A stretch of 64,000 nucleotides of DNA from an uncultured bacterium. Its GTDB lineage: Bacteria > Krumholzibacteriota > Krumholzibacteriia > JACNKJ01. Under the pieces are notes generated by a model. It was not told where the DNA came from. It worked only from the letters and a program-made list of their open reading frames with translations, and did no database searches. Numbering within the stretch: the stretch's first letter is position 1; each line of letters starts with the position of its first letter. Where the stretch lies: the NCBI GenBank assembly GCA_964344565.1, contig CAYFNT010000019.1:6196-70195 (forward strand), in the 5' to 3' direction. Both the position numbers and the translations under genes were made by a program. Below, piece by piece: positions 63,888 through 64,000 of this stretch.

Positions 63888-64000
63888 GAGAGCACTCCTT
63901 ATGGGGATATCCGAATCGTGGCTGCGAGGGATAAGCGGGAGCATCCTAGCTCAAGGCCATCGGCGGCGCAAGGTCGCCCTTGATTCAATGAGTGAGAGCC

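Overview
This is a high-GC (about 65-70%) bacterial chromosomal window, densely coding on both strands, with no rRNA, tRNA, CRISPR or obvious mobile element. The gene content points to an anaerobe from an uncultured lineage that secretes many proteins with T9SS-type C-terminal domains. Those genes include ferredoxin-dependent 2-oxoacid oxidoreductase, an HdrDE-like membrane Fe-S oxidoreductase, a Mo-bisPGD oxidoreductase operon and a selenoprotein. Housekeeping blocks:
- threonine aldolase
- a reverse-transsulfuration cluster with duplicated CBS-like genes
- two-subunit class I fumarase
- glnA
- an lrp-hom-asd-aspartate kinase operon
- leuS
- mutY
- thiolase
Accessory content includes:
- a large hybrid sensor kinase
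- an EPS-like locus (GT4, CE4-like, GT4, PaaK-like ligase)
- three paralogous right-handed beta-helix secreted proteins
- a ClC channel
- an ArsR regulator coupled to an M16 peptidase
- an isolated three-gene contractile-tail module (DUF4255, sheath, tube)
- a DUF134/NifX-like/Mo-oxidoreductase operon
- a ParA gene
- a degenerate P-type ATPase
The most unusual signals are:
1. A short C-terminal tail [ST]W[ES]xLKx[LM]Y-COOH shared by four secreted proteins. In a third beta-helix paralog the same position carries a T9SS sorting domain instead.
2. A SelW/Rdx-like selenoprotein gene with in-frame UGA and an fdhF-like SECIS hairpin. The ORF track missed it.
3. An orphan sheath-tube operon with no baseplate, spike or ATPase genes in the window.
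4. A P1B-ATPase homolog with every catalytic motif mutated.
5. Heptanucleotide tandem-repeat arrays in three intergenic regions, one forming a large inverted arrangement around a GC hairpin upstream of the ferredoxin oxidoreductase operon.
6. Four tandem paralogous bitopic lipoproteins.
Every call was made by eye from motifs and the ORF track. No database search was run.
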